A stretch of 64,000 bases of DNA from Nannocystaceae bacterium ST9. GTDB taxonomy: Bacteria; Myxococcota_A; Polyangia; Nannocystales; Nannocystaceae. The notes under the pieces are model-generated. The model worked only from the letters and a program-made list of their open reading frames with translations. It was not told where the DNA came from and made no database searches. Each line of letters opens with the position of its first letter. The stretch's first letter is position 1. This document shows positions 54,180 to 63,668 of this stretch, piece by piece. A program made the position numbers and the translations under genes. Location: NCBI GenBank assembly GCA_048320885.1, contig JBLWFJ010000001.1:5761697-5825696 (forward strand). The letters run 5' to 3'.

Positions 54180-56360
54180 ATGACCCGGCTCGAAAACCCT
54201 GAAATCGCGGCGTTGTTCGCCGAGATGGCCGACCTCATGCAGATCAAGGGCGGCGACCGGCACAAGGTCATGGCCTTCCGTCGGGTCGCGCGGATCGTCG
54301 AGGCGCTGCCGCGGCCGGTCGACGAGCTGCTCGCTCGCGGCGAGCTCGACAAGGTCAAGGGCATCGGCGGCGGGACGGTCCACCGGGTCAAGCAGATGTT
54401 GCGGGCCGGCAGCTGCGACGACCTCGACGAGCTGCGCAACACCCTGCCCCCGGGGCTGCGCGAGCTGATCCAGATCAAGGGGATCGGGCCGACGACGATC
54501 CGCAACATCTACAACCGCTTGGGCATCCGCGACCTCGACGACCTCGAGCGCGCGGCCAAGTCGGGGGCGATCGAGGCCATCCCGCGGATGGGCAGCTACG
54601 TGGCCCAGAAGATCCTGTCGGGCATCGAGGCCTATCGAGCGCGGCGCGGCAAGGTCCCGCTGATCGAGGCCCAGCGGGTCGGTCGGCGGATCGTCGCGGC
54701 GCTCGCCCAACTCCGCCAGGTCCAGCGGATCGAGCAGGCCGGCAGCGTGCGGCGAGGCAAGGCGGCGATCGGCGACCTCGACATTCTGGTCGCGTCGACC
54801 GATCCGGGCCCGATCGCGGCCCGCTTTCAGACTCTGCCCGACGTCGCGGCGATCCTGCTCGAGGGCGACACGCGCTGCTCGGTCCGCCTGCGCAACGGGC
54901 TGCAGGCCGATCTTCGCGTGTTGCCGCCGCAGAGCTTCGGCGCCGGGCTGCACTACTTCACCGGGTCGAAGCTGCACAACGTCGAGATCCGCAAGCGCGC
55001 CGGTCGGATGGGGCTCAAGGTCGGGGACAAGGGCGTGTTCAAGCGGACCGGCGACGCGGCCAACGAGTCGCTGCCCGAGAACCTGATCGATCCTTGCCCG
55101 GAGGAGATCGACGTGTTTCGCCATGTCGGCCTGCCGTGGATCCCACCCGAGCTGCGCGAGAACTTCGGCGAGATCGAGGCGGCCGAGCGCGGTCGCCTGC
55201 CGCAGCTGATCACGCAGGCCGAGCTGCGCGGCGACCTGCACATGCACACGACCGACAGCGACGGCTCGGGCAGCCTGCGGGCGATGGCCGAGCGGGCGCG
55301 CGAGCTCGGCCACGAGTACATCGCGATCACCGATCACTCGCAGGCCATGCGGATCGCCGGCGGGCTCGACGAGGCCCGGCTGATCGATCAGCTCGCGCGC
55401 GTGCGGGCGTTCGCGGCCGGGTTCGAGGGCATGCGGGTGTTGGCCGGGATCGAGGTCGACATCCTGGCCGACGGCAGCCTCGATCTCGATCCGGCCTTGC
55501 TCGCCCAGCTCGACTTCGTGGTCGGCTCGGTCCACCGCTGGACCGACATGCGCGAGGACGCGATGACCGAGCGGGTGGTCCGGGCGATCCGCTCGGGCGT
55601 GGTCGACTGCATCGGGCATCCGACCGGGCGGCGCCCGGGCAAGCGCGATCCTTTTGCGATCGACATGGAGCGGGTGCTGGCGGCCGCGCGCGAGTTCGAC
55701 GTGGCGCTCGAGTGCAACGGCGGGCCCAACCGCATGGACCTCGGCGACGTCGACTGCCACAAGTGCCGCGAGCGCGGGGTGGCGGTCGCGATCAACACCG
55801 ACGCGCACGCGCCCGAGCACCTCGGTCGACACGAGTTCGGGCTGGCGATGGCCCGGCGCGGCTGGCTGGAGCGCGGCCACGTGCTCAACGCGATGCCCTG
55901 GGAGCGGATCGCCGAGCGTCGGAGCAAGCGGTTGCGCGATCACGGCGAGGCCGAGTGGGGGACCAATCCCGTGCAGGTCCAGGTCCCGCTCGGAGTCGTG
56001 CTCGAGCCCGAGTCGGACGAGCCGCGCACCCGCGAGTCCGGCGAGGCGCATGCCTGGGGCGAGCTCGACGACGAGCCGTCGGCGTCGGTCGAGGCGACGG
56101 TCGAGATCGCGGAGCCGAGCGAGCCCGCGGCGCCCGAGCCCGAGCCACCGCCGATCGATCTCGACTCGGTCGAGGTGCTGAGCGAGCGACTGCGACTCGG
56201 GGTCGAGGCGATCGACGACGCGCTGACCGAGCGACTGACCGAGTGGGTGACCCGCGGCGGCGAGGACCCCGAGCTGGCGGCGGCGCTCGGGCGACTGTCC
56301 GAGAACCCGCTGCAGGCCGGCTTCGATCTGCTGCTGACGATCTGGAACCGCGGCGGCTGA
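54180..56360 (+). CDS. polX: DNA polymerase X family protein with a C-terminal PHP phosphoesterase domain.
   Basis: HhH (GIGGGTV, GIGPTT), the Pol-beta-like nucleotidyltransferase GDLDILV, then PHP motifs LHMHTTDSDG, HSQAM, DTDAH. Confidence 0.9.
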   Translation: MTRLENPEIAALFAEMADLMQIKGGDRHKVMAFRRVARIVEALPRPVDELLARGELDKVKGIGGGTVHRVKQMLRAGSCDDLDELRNTLPPGLRELIQIKGIGPTTIRNIYNRLGIRDLDDLERAAKSGAIEAIPRMGSYVAQKILSGIEAYRARRGKVPLIEAQRVGRRIVAALAQLRQVQRIEQAGSVRRGKAAIGDLDILVASTDPGPIAARFQTLPDVAAILLEGDTRCSVRLRNGLQADLRVLPPQSFGAGLHYFTGSKLHNVEIRKRAGRMGLKVGDKGVFKRTGDAANESLPENLIDPCPEEIDVFRHVGLPWIPPELRENFGEIEAAERGRLPQLITQAELRGDLHMHTTDSDGSGSLRAMAERARELGHEYIAITDHSQAMRIAGGLDEARLIDQLARVRAFAAGFEGMRVLAGIEVDILADGSLDLDPALLAQLDFVVGSVHRWTDMREDAMTERVVRAIRSGVVDCIGHPTGRRPGKRDPFAIDMERVLAAAREFDVALECNGGPNRMDLGDVDCHKCRERGVAVAINTDAHAPEHLGRHEFGLAMARRGWLERGHVLNAMPWERIAERRSKRLRDHGEAEWGTNPVQVQVPLGVVLEPESDEPRTRESGEAHAWGELDDEPSASVEATVEIAEPSEPAAPEPEPPPIDLDSVEVLSERLRLGVEAIDDALTERLTEWVTRGGEDPELAAALGRLSENPLQAGFDLLLTIWNRGG

Positions 56361-56376
56361 TCCGATCGGCGCCGAG

Positions 56377-58701
56377 TCAGATCGTCACGCCCATCGACTT
56401 GCACTGCTTGCGCAAGGGCGGCTTGCGGACCCCGGCGACCTTGTCGAGCGCGCTCTTGGCCTTGCCGGCGTCGCCGAGCTTGCACGCGGCGAGCAGCATG
56501 AGCTCGGCGGTCTTGGGCTTGGCGCCCTTCTTGTAGCTGGCGGCCGCGAGCTTGTAGGCCTCGCCGGCCTTGCCCTTGTCGTAGGCCGACTTGGCGGCGT
56601 CGTAGAGCTGCTTGGCGTCGCGGTTGTCGACGACGGCGGGCTCGGGCTTGCTCGCGACCGGCTCGGGCTTGGGTTCCGGCTTGGGCTTGGGCTTGGTCGC
56701 CGTCGGCGTGGGCTCGGGCGCGGGCGCGGGCTTGCTCGACTTGGGCTTGCCCGACTTGGGCTTGCTCGTGGACCCGGGCTCGGGGCCGGGCTCGGGCTCG
56801 CTGGGTGGGGCTTCGACCTCGGGTTCGCCGGAATCGGGCGAGGGCGTGGGATCGGCCTGCGCGAGCACGTCTGGGCCCGCGATGGGTTCGACGGGTTTGG
56901 GCTCGACGGGCTCGCTCGGCGGGTCGTCGTTGGCGGCGACCTCGTCGCTGCTCGAGTCGTCGGGGGGCAGCAGCGCGACCAGCAGCGAGGCCGCGATTGC
57001 GAAGAGCACGAAGCCGATCACCAGCTTGCGACGGCCACCGGTGTTGGCGGCCGGGGCCGGCTCGTCGTCCGGCACCTCCATGATCAGAGTCTTGGTCGGC
57101 GGCGGGTGGTGGGTCTTCGCGACCAGCTCGTCGGCCATGCCGTCGATCAGCGCACCGGTGTCTTGCGGGCCGATCGGACGAGGTGCGCCCTCGGGCCGCG
57201 CGAGCACGGGCAGAGGTACGACCTTGCCGGCGTCGGGCGAGGGGGCGGGCGCACGCGCGGGAGGCATCGGCGAGCGGCCGGGCCTGGGCAGCGCCGCGGG
57301 TCCGCGCGGGTTGGTGTCTTCGCGGATCTCGGTGCTCGGCTGGGTGGCCTCGGGTGTCGGCGAGGGCTCGTGCAATCGGACGATCACCGCCGGCGGTTCG
57401 TAGGGAACGCCGAGGCGCGGTCGATCGTCGATCACGGATCGCGGCGCCGGCGGAGCCATCGGATTCGCGGGCTTGCTCGACATGCTTCCGTCCACCGAGG
57501 TGGAAGTGTCTTGCGAAGGTCCGCTCGATTCATGCGATCGCGACTCCGAAGGTGCGCTCGAATCGAACGTCGGGGGGATCGCCGAATCCACCGATGTCGG
57601 CCGCTCGATGATCACCGGCTCGAGGGTCGCGGGCGGCTCGACGTGCGATTCGGTGATTGTCGCTACGATCGCGTCGCGGGGCTCGGCCGCACGCGGCGGC
57701 GGGCTCTGGCGATCGTCGATTTCCTCGGGCACCGCCCCCTGCGCGGCGAGGGTCGCGAGGCTGGGAAAGGGTGCAGTGACGAGATTGTCGATGTCGTCGG
57801 ACTTGGACTTGCCGGCGAGCGGCTTAGGCCCGACGACCGAATCGAGCTTTGGCCCGGTGGGCTTGGGCCCGACGACCGAATCGAGCTTTGGCTCGGTGGG
57901 CTTGGGCCCGACGACCGAATCGAGCTTTGGCCCGGTGGGCTTGGGCCCGACGACCGAATCGAGCTTGGGCTCGGGCTTGGCGTCCGCGAGCGCCATCGCG
58001 ATCGGACCGGGCGTCTCGGTGCGCTCGACGGGGGCGCTCGCCTCTCGCTCGCGCGCGGCCCGAAGCACCTCGGCCGGATCGATCAACCCGACCGAGAGCT
58101 CGAACTCCAAGTCGGGCGAGAGCGCGATGGCCTTGGCGAGGTCCGAGCCGGCCGCGGGCTTGGGCCCGGACGCCTTGCGCTTGTTCGCGACCGGCTTGCC
58201 CTCGATGATCTTGGATTCGGGCCGCGACTCGACGAGCTTGGTCTCGACGGGCTTGGTCTCGACGGGCTTGGTCTCGACGGGCTTGGGCGCCGGGCCGGAC
58301 ACGGTCTCGATCCGTGACTGAGGTAGCGCACCGATCGGAGCACCGGTGGTCGCGAGCTTGGGCGGCGCCGCGAGCTTGGGCGCACCGAGCTTCGGCGGCG
58401 GTGGGACGGCGAGCTTCGGAGGCGCCGGCACGGCGAGCTTGGTCGCGGGGGCGCCCGGTAGCACCGGCACGGCGCCCGAGGGAGCTCGCGCGCCGAGGGC
58501 CGGCACGTCGGCGAAGAGATCGTCGCTGCCGAACACGTCGACGGCCGGCATCCCGGCGATGGTCAGCGGTCGCGGTCCATCCGAAGAGAAGGGCGGCAGC
58601 GTCGGCGGCTCGCCGTGCAGCGGCTTGGGAGCTCCCGTCGCGCTGGACTCGTCGCGCCGGGGGGAGTCGCTCGAGGATGCGTGGTCGTCGGGCATCGCCA
58701 C
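56377..58701 (-). CDS. Pro/Lys-rich single-pass membrane protein with internal tandem repeats, hypothetical.
   Basis: 774-aa ORF with a TM (LVIGFVLFAIAASLLVALL), PKLDSVVGPKPTG ×4 and KPVETKPVETKPVE repeats. GC3 is good, but the low complexity makes the call tentative. Confidence 0.5.
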   Translation of the reverse strand: MAMPDDHASSSDSPRRDESSATGAPKPLHGEPPTLPPFSSDGPRPLTIAGMPAVDVFGSDDLFADVPALGARAPSGAVPVLPGAPATKLAVPAPPKLAVPPPPKLGAPKLAAPPKLATTGAPIGALPQSRIETVSGPAPKPVETKPVETKPVETKLVESRPESKIIEGKPVANKRKASGPKPAAGSDLAKAIALSPDLEFELSVGLIDPAEVLRAAREREASAPVERTETPGPIAMALADAKPEPKLDSVVGPKPTGPKLDSVVGPKPTEPKLDSVVGPKPTGPKLDSVVGPKPLAGKSKSDDIDNLVTAPFPSLATLAAQGAVPEEIDDRQSPPPRAAEPRDAIVATITESHVEPPATLEPVIIERPTSVDSAIPPTFDSSAPSESRSHESSGPSQDTSTSVDGSMSSKPANPMAPPAPRSVIDDRPRLGVPYEPPAVIVRLHEPSPTPEATQPSTEIREDTNPRGPAALPRPGRSPMPPARAPAPSPDAGKVVPLPVLARPEGAPRPIGPQDTGALIDGMADELVAKTHHPPPTKTLIMEVPDDEPAPAANTGGRRKLVIGFVLFAIAASLLVALLPPDDSSSDEVAANDDPPSEPVEPKPVEPIAGPDVLAQADPTPSPDSGEPEVEAPPSEPEPGPEPGSTSKPKSGKPKSSKPAPAPEPTPTATKPKPKPEPKPEPVASKPEPAVVDNRDAKQLYDAAKSAYDKGKAGEAYKLAAASYKKGAKPKTAELMLLAACKLGDAGKAKSALDKVAGVRKPPLRKQCKSMGVTI
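57821..57976 (-). repeat. 39-bp tandem repeat ×4 (ggcttgggcccgacgaccgaatcgagctttggcccggtg) encoding PKLDSVVGPKPTG.
   Basis: Read directly in the sequence. Confidence 0.85.
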
Positions 58702-58764
58702 CTACGTCGGGAAAGAGTAGCGCAAGGGCTCGACCTGCGTGGGGTGAAACGGCACATTCGAGCG

Positions 58765-59643
58765 GTGCGACTCCACCTCGTCGACGGCACCTACGAGCTG
58801 TTCCGCAGCTTCTACGGCGCACCACCCGCGAAGGCTCCCGACGGTCGGGAAGTCGGCGCGACCCGAGGCCTGCTGCGCTCGATGCTCGCGCTGCTGCGCG
58901 AACCCGAGACTACCCACGTGGCGATCGCCTTCGACCACGTGATCGAGTCGTTCCGCAACGACCTGTTCAGTGGCTACAAGACTGGCGCGGGGATCGATCC
59001 CGATCTGTGGGCCCAATTCCCACTCGTGGAGCAGGCCGCGAGCGCGCTCGGTCTGGTGGTCTGGCCGATGATCGAGTTCGAAGCCGACGACGCGCTGGCG
59101 AGCGCGGCCGCTCGCTGGGCCGACGACCCGCGCGTCGAGCAAGTGATGATCTGCTCGCCCGACAAGGACCTCGGCCAGTGCGTGCGCGGGAACAAGGTCG
59201 TGTTGGTCGATCGTCGACGCAAGGAGGTGTACGACGAGCCGCGGATCCTCGAGAAGTTTGGCGTCGGTCCGGCCTCGATCCCCGATCTGCTCGCGCTGGT
59301 CGGCGACTCGGCCGATGGCCTGCCGGGCATCCCACGCTGGGGCATGAAATCGGCCGCCGCGGTGCTGATCGAGTACGGCCAGATCGATCGCATCCCCGAC
59401 GACGCCGCGCAGTGGACCGTCAAGGTCCGCGGGGCCGCGGCGCTGGCCGAGAGTCTTCGCGAGCGGCGCGAGCAGGCGCGGCTCTACCGAACCCTAGCGA
59501 CCTTGCGCGTCGACGTGCCGCTGCCCGAGCGCGAGCTCGACGAGTTGCGCTGGCGCGGCGCCGATCGTGCGGCGCTGACCGATCTGTGTGAGGCGATCGA
59601 CGATCCCCGAGCGCTGGAACGGGTCGGGGCCTGGCGCGAGTGA
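58765..59643 (+). CDS. 5'-3' exonuclease / flap endonuclease (Pol I N-terminal domain family, Xni/ExoIX-like).
   Basis: N-terminal ...LHLVDGTYELFRSFYG..., then DKDLGQC..., and a C-terminal H3TH-like region. GTG start at 58765. Confidence 0.8.
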   Translation: MRLHLVDGTYELFRSFYGAPPAKAPDGREVGATRGLLRSMLALLREPETTHVAIAFDHVIESFRNDLFSGYKTGAGIDPDLWAQFPLVEQAASALGLVVWPMIEFEADDALASAAARWADDPRVEQVMICSPDKDLGQCVRGNKVVLVDRRRKEVYDEPRILEKFGVGPASIPDLLALVGDSADGLPGIPRWGMKSAAAVLIEYGQIDRIPDDAAQWTVKVRGAAALAESLRERREQARLYRTLATLRVDVPLPERELDELRWRGADRAALTDLCEAIDDPRALERVGAWRE

Positions 59644-59660
59644 GGTAGCGATCCCTCGTA

Positions 59661-60632
59661 ATGACAAAATTCGCCAGTTTTGCGGGGTCTGACGCGAAAC
59701 GCTGCTCTCTTGACACCCTTGCCCCCCGGGCTAGGTTTGCCCCGGAGTCTGCCTTGGCCGAACAACCGATCACCAAAGTCGTTCCACCGAGCACGCAGAG
59801 GATCCAGCCCAGGAAGGCGCTCGCGTCTTCGGTCGCGACCGAGCCCCGACTTCCGCCGCAGGCGGCTGCTGCTTCGCCCGTGACCGAGCCCCGGTTTCCG
59901 CCGCAGGCGGCTGCTTCGCCCGTGGACCAGGCTGCTTCGCCCGCGACCGAGCCTTCGGTGCAGCCGCAGGCGCCGGTGACCTTCGATCTCGGCCAGCCGG
60001 TCGGCGATCTGCACGGCAGCAACGAGCCGGTCACCTGGGCCGGCGCTTCGATCGAGCTGGTCACGGCGGAGCATCGGCCCACGAGCGCGCTCGATCGCGA
60101 TCCGGCCCGCAACAAGTGGATGATGTGGGCGATCGGAGGCACCGTCGCGTTCGTGCTGATCCTCGGCTTCGCGCTCACTCGCGGTGGTGATGCCGAGGCC
60201 GGCGAGGCCGGCGATCCGCAGGCGGCCGTCGAGATTCCCGCGGCGCCCGAAGAGCCGCCGCCCGCTCCGGTCACGCCGGAGCCCGAGCCGACCAAGAAGG
60301 ACGGCAAGAAGAAGTCGGGCAAGCGCGACTCGACCCTGGCCTCGTCGAGCAAACCGGCCGACACGAGCAAGGCCGCGAGCTCGAGCAAGCCGGTCGCGGG
60401 CGGAGCGAGCAAGCCGGTCGCGGGCGGAGCGAGCAAGCCGGCCGCGGGCGGAGCGAGCAAGCCGGCCGCGGGCGGAGCGAGCAAGCCCGCCAGCGAGGCG
60501 AGCAAGCCTGCCGGTCCCAACCTCGCGCCGCCCGACGAAGACGCTGGCGGGGCGAAGGCCGAGCTGCCGGACGTGCAGGGCTGGGACGATCAAGACGCCG
60601 CCGTCGGCGATCGCTCGGCCGAAGGCATCTGA
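59661..60632 (+). CDS. Hypothetical single-pass membrane protein with Pro-rich and KPVAGGAS-repeat regions.
   Basis: TM WMMWAIGGTVAFVLILGFAL. Repeats SKPVAGGA ×4. A TTGACA-N17-TAGGTT-like motif inside the annotated 5' end (about 59711-59740) leaves the true start uncertain. Confidence 0.4.
   Translation: MTKFASFAGSDAKRCSLDTLAPRARFAPESALAEQPITKVVPPSTQRIQPRKALASSVATEPRLPPQAAAASPVTEPRFPPQAAASPVDQAASPATEPSVQPQAPVTFDLGQPVGDLHGSNEPVTWAGASIELVTAEHRPTSALDRDPARNKWMMWAIGGTVAFVLILGFALTRGGDAEAGEAGDPQAAVEIPAAPEEPPPAPVTPEPEPTKKDGKKKSGKRDSTLASSSKPADTSKAASSSKPVAGGASKPVAGGASKPAAGGASKPAAGGASKPASEASKPAGPNLAPPDEDAGGAKAELPDVQGWDDQDAAVGDRSAEGI
60383..60484 (+). repeat. 24-bp tandem repeat ×4 (agcaagccggtcgcgggcggagcg) encoding SKPVAGGA.
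   Basis: Read directly in the sequence. Confidence 0.85.
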
Positions 60633-60637
60633 GTCGC

Positions 60638-62392
60638 TCAGGGCTCGTTCAGCCACGCGTCGACGTCGGCGAGCAGCTGGGCCGGCGCGTCCATGCTGAC
60701 CGCGTGCGAGGCCGCGTAGCTCGGCACGCGAAGCGTGCGAGCGCCGGGATCGGGCCACTGCGCGAACGCGTCGGGCCGGTAGTCGATCGTCCACTGGCCG
60801 GGCTCGACCGCGACCGCGGCCACGATCGCGTCGTAGTGCGCGAGCGCAGCGGGGATCGCCGGCGTGTGCACGACCATGTCGTAGTCGGCCGAGGTGATCA
60901 GCGTGTCGACCCACAAGAGGTTGCGCAGCAGGTGCTCGCCGTAGTGAGGGTCGGCCGGCTCGACGTCGAGCTGGCGGGCTTGGTAGCCGCGGAACTGAGC
61001 GAGCGTGCCGTATTCGAACACCAGGAAGTAGCGATCCCAGGGCGCGAGCGCGCCGAGTTGGCGGTCGAGATCGCCGAGCTCCGCGTCGCTCGGGTAGTCG
61101 GTGGGATCGACGGTGCGCCAGGCCTGCGCGCGCTCGGCTGGGCTCGCGCCGACGATCGCGTCGAGCGGAACGCCGAGCAGCTGGCCGATCACCGCGGCGT
61201 CGTTGCAGCGCTGATCGACCAGCGCGAAGAGATCTTCGAGCCAGCTGGCGGGCGCGCGCGTGTCGTAGGGGCTGCGCCCGAGCGAGCCGATGAAGTCCAG
61301 GCCGTTGTCGTAGGGCGTGCAGGGTGGCTGCTGCTCGGCGCAGGTCACATAGTCGACGCCGAACTCGAGCGCGAGCTGATCGAGCGGGGAGCCGGGCTGC
61401 TCGAACAGGACGCCGGCGCTCTGTTGCTGGATGACGCCGGTCAGCGCGGGCTGGATCAGGATCTGCCGGCCGAACTGCTCGGCGGCGAGCTCGGGCGTGG
61501 GCGCGGGCTCGCCGAGCACCTGCTCGTGGTGGGCGGCGATCCGAGCGGTGAGGTCGAGATCGATCATGCGTCGCTCGCCGCTCGCGTAGGCCTGCGGGTG
61601 CAGCAGCATGTCGAGCATCAGCTGGGCTCGCGTGCCGCCGTAGCTCTCGCCGACCACGACGACCGGGTTGTCGCGCAGCTCGGCATGGGTGGCGAGGAAC
61701 TCGAGCAGCACGCGGACGAAGTCGGCGGCGTCGAGGTAGGCGTTGAAGTTGGCGAACGAGAGCGCGGCCTGGCGCGCGAGCGGATCGCTGGGATCGTCGA
61801 GCAGGCTGTACGAGAACCCGACGTGGTGAGCGTCGATCCACAGCAGGTTGCCGAGCGAGGTCCACGAGTGCGGGTTGGCGGCCAGATCCTCGCCCGCGGT
61901 CGCGGCCGGGGCGAAGGTCCACGGTCCGAGGTTGAGCCCGAGCAACATGCCGGTCGAGACCGCCGGGCCGCCGTTGAAGAGCACGAAGATCGGCGCGTGC
62001 TCGGGGTCCTCGTCGGCCGGGCGAAAGGCCAGGAACTGCCGGTGGCCGTCGGCGCTCAGCGGCGTCGGAGGATCGCCGGGCAGGCTCAGCGAGTAGTCGC
62101 GGGCTTCGATCGTCACGAAGCCCGCCTCGGGCTCGATCGTCGGACACTCGCACGCCCACTCGCCCGCGACGCACTCGCAGGCCCTGCAGGGCTGCGGGTC
62201 GAGGCAAGCCGGATCGCCGGTCTCGGTCTCGCCCGTGCTCGCGTCGTCGTCGGGCAGGTCGGGGAGCTCCGCGACGGACTCGCTGCTCTCGCCGAGCTCG
62301 TCGTCGGTCGACCCGCCCGCAGGCGAGTCGCTGCCCGCGTCCTGTCGACAGGCGGACGCGAGCAGCACCAGCGCAGCGAGCCGAGACTTCAC
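60638..62392 (-). CDS. Serine carboxypeptidase (S10)-like alpha/beta-hydrolase lipoprotein.
   Basis: Lipobox LLASAC, an acidic Cys-containing linker, then VVVGESYGGTRAQ (the S10 GESYAG-type nucleophile elbow). Confidence 0.65.
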   Translation of the reverse strand: MKSRLAALVLLASACRQDAGSDSPAGGSTDDELGESSESVAELPDLPDDDASTGETETGDPACLDPQPCRACECVAGEWACECPTIEPEAGFVTIEARDYSLSLPGDPPTPLSADGHRQFLAFRPADEDPEHAPIFVLFNGGPAVSTGMLLGLNLGPWTFAPAATAGEDLAANPHSWTSLGNLLWIDAHHVGFSYSLLDDPSDPLARQAALSFANFNAYLDAADFVRVLLEFLATHAELRDNPVVVVGESYGGTRAQLMLDMLLHPQAYASGERRMIDLDLTARIAAHHEQVLGEPAPTPELAAEQFGRQILIQPALTGVIQQQSAGVLFEQPGSPLDQLALEFGVDYVTCAEQQPPCTPYDNGLDFIGSLGRSPYDTRAPASWLEDLFALVDQRCNDAAVIGQLLGVPLDAIVGASPAERAQAWRTVDPTDYPSDAELGDLDRQLGALAPWDRYFLVFEYGTLAQFRGYQARQLDVEPADPHYGEHLLRNLLWVDTLITSADYDMVVHTPAIPAALAHYDAIVAAVAVEPGQWTIDYRPDAFAQWPDPGARTLRVPSYAASHAVSMDAPAQLLADVDAWLNEP

Positions 62393-62396
62393 CCGC

Positions 62397-63668
62397 TCAT
62401 GCTAACAGTGCGTCGAGCAGGGTCGTGCCGCTGTCGCCGAAGCTGGTCAGATCGGTCCGACCCATCGCGTGGGCGAGCGTCAGCAGCAGATCGTGGTAGT
62501 GCGCGCCGGCGAGGTTCACGAAGCGGCCGGTCGAAAAGAACCCAGCCGCCGAACCCGCGAGCACCACGCCCATGTCGCTCTTGTCGTGCGAGTGCTGGTG
62601 AAGCCCGAGCTCGTTGGTCCACAGCACCACGGTGTTGTCGAGCAGCGTGCCGTTGCCCTCGGGGATCGAGTCGAGCCGGGCGAGCAGGGCCGCGAACATC
62701 TCGGCGTGCCAGACGTTGGCCTGGGTGAAGAGTGCCGACGCGTTGGCGACCGATCCGTGCGCGCACTCGTGGTAGTCCTCGTTGACGCCGGCCCACTCGT
62801 AGTGGCCGGTGTACTCGGCCCCGCCCATCACCAGGGTCACGACGCGGGTCACGTCGCAGGCGAGCGCGGCGGTCAGCGTGTCGATGTGGCCGAGGAAGGT
62901 GGTCGGCACGTCGAGGTCGCCGACCGAATCGGGCAGCTGGCCGCACTCGATCGGCATGAAGGGCATCTGCAGGCGCATCTCCTGCTCGCGGACCAGCTCG
63001 AGGTGGGCGTCGAGCAAGATCCGCTCGTCGCTGCTCAGCCGCGGCTGGATGCTCTGATAGTCGGCGATCACCGAGTCGAGCACGCTGCGGGCCTGGGCCC
63101 GCCGGCGCTCGGCCGCGAGCGGATCGACGTCGACGATCCCGGCGATCCGCTCGAACGCGCCGCGAGCCGAGGCCTGCGGCGGCAGGGCCAGCCCGGTCTC
63201 GGTGTACGAGATGATGCTGGCCGCGTCGTTGTCGGTGTCGACCCCGAGCTGCAGGGACTCGAGCGCGACTTGGTTGGTCAGCCCGCCGGCGATCAGTTGA
63301 TCGACGCTCGGGCCACCGGCGGGCATGTGGTTGGCGCCATCGAGCGGCCGCCCGGTCAGACACTCGGAGTGACCCATGAAGTGGCCGGGGTTGCCGACCA
63401 TCCCGTGCACGACGTTGAGCTTGGCTTGGAAGGGCGCGAGCGGGGCGAGCACGGTGCTCAGCTGAAAGTCGTTCTCGGAGCCGGTCGGCAGCCACGAGTC
63501 CACGAGCTGGCCGTTGCCCGTGTACATCACGACCAGGCGCGGCGGCGGATCGCCGGGCGCCGCCCGGGCCGAGCGAGGCAGCAAGCTGGGCAGCAGCGGG
63601 ATCGTCAGCGCGGTTCCGGCGGTGCCGAGCAGCAGACGGCGGCGAGTCAAGCGAGTGTGCGTGGTCAT
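62397..63668 (-). CDS. DUF1552-family protein with a Tat signal (RRRLLLGTAGTA).
   Basis: Twin-Arg signal, about 420 aa, His-rich motifs. A GAGGAG RBS upstream. Its ATGA overlaps the stop of the upstream partial gene. Confidence 0.7.
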   Translation of the reverse strand: MTTHTRLTRRRLLLGTAGTALTIPLLPSLLPRSARAAPGDPPPRLVVMYTGNGQLVDSWLPTGSENDFQLSTVLAPLAPFQAKLNVVHGMVGNPGHFMGHSECLTGRPLDGANHMPAGGPSVDQLIAGGLTNQVALESLQLGVDTDNDAASIISYTETGLALPPQASARGAFERIAGIVDVDPLAAERRRAQARSVLDSVIADYQSIQPRLSSDERILLDAHLELVREQEMRLQMPFMPIECGQLPDSVGDLDVPTTFLGHIDTLTAALACDVTRVVTLVMGGAEYTGHYEWAGVNEDYHECAHGSVANASALFTQANVWHAEMFAALLARLDSIPEGNGTLLDNTVVLWTNELGLHQHSHDKSDMGVVLAGSAAGFFSTGRFVNLAGAHYHDLLLTLAHAMGRTDLTSFGDSGTTLLDALLA

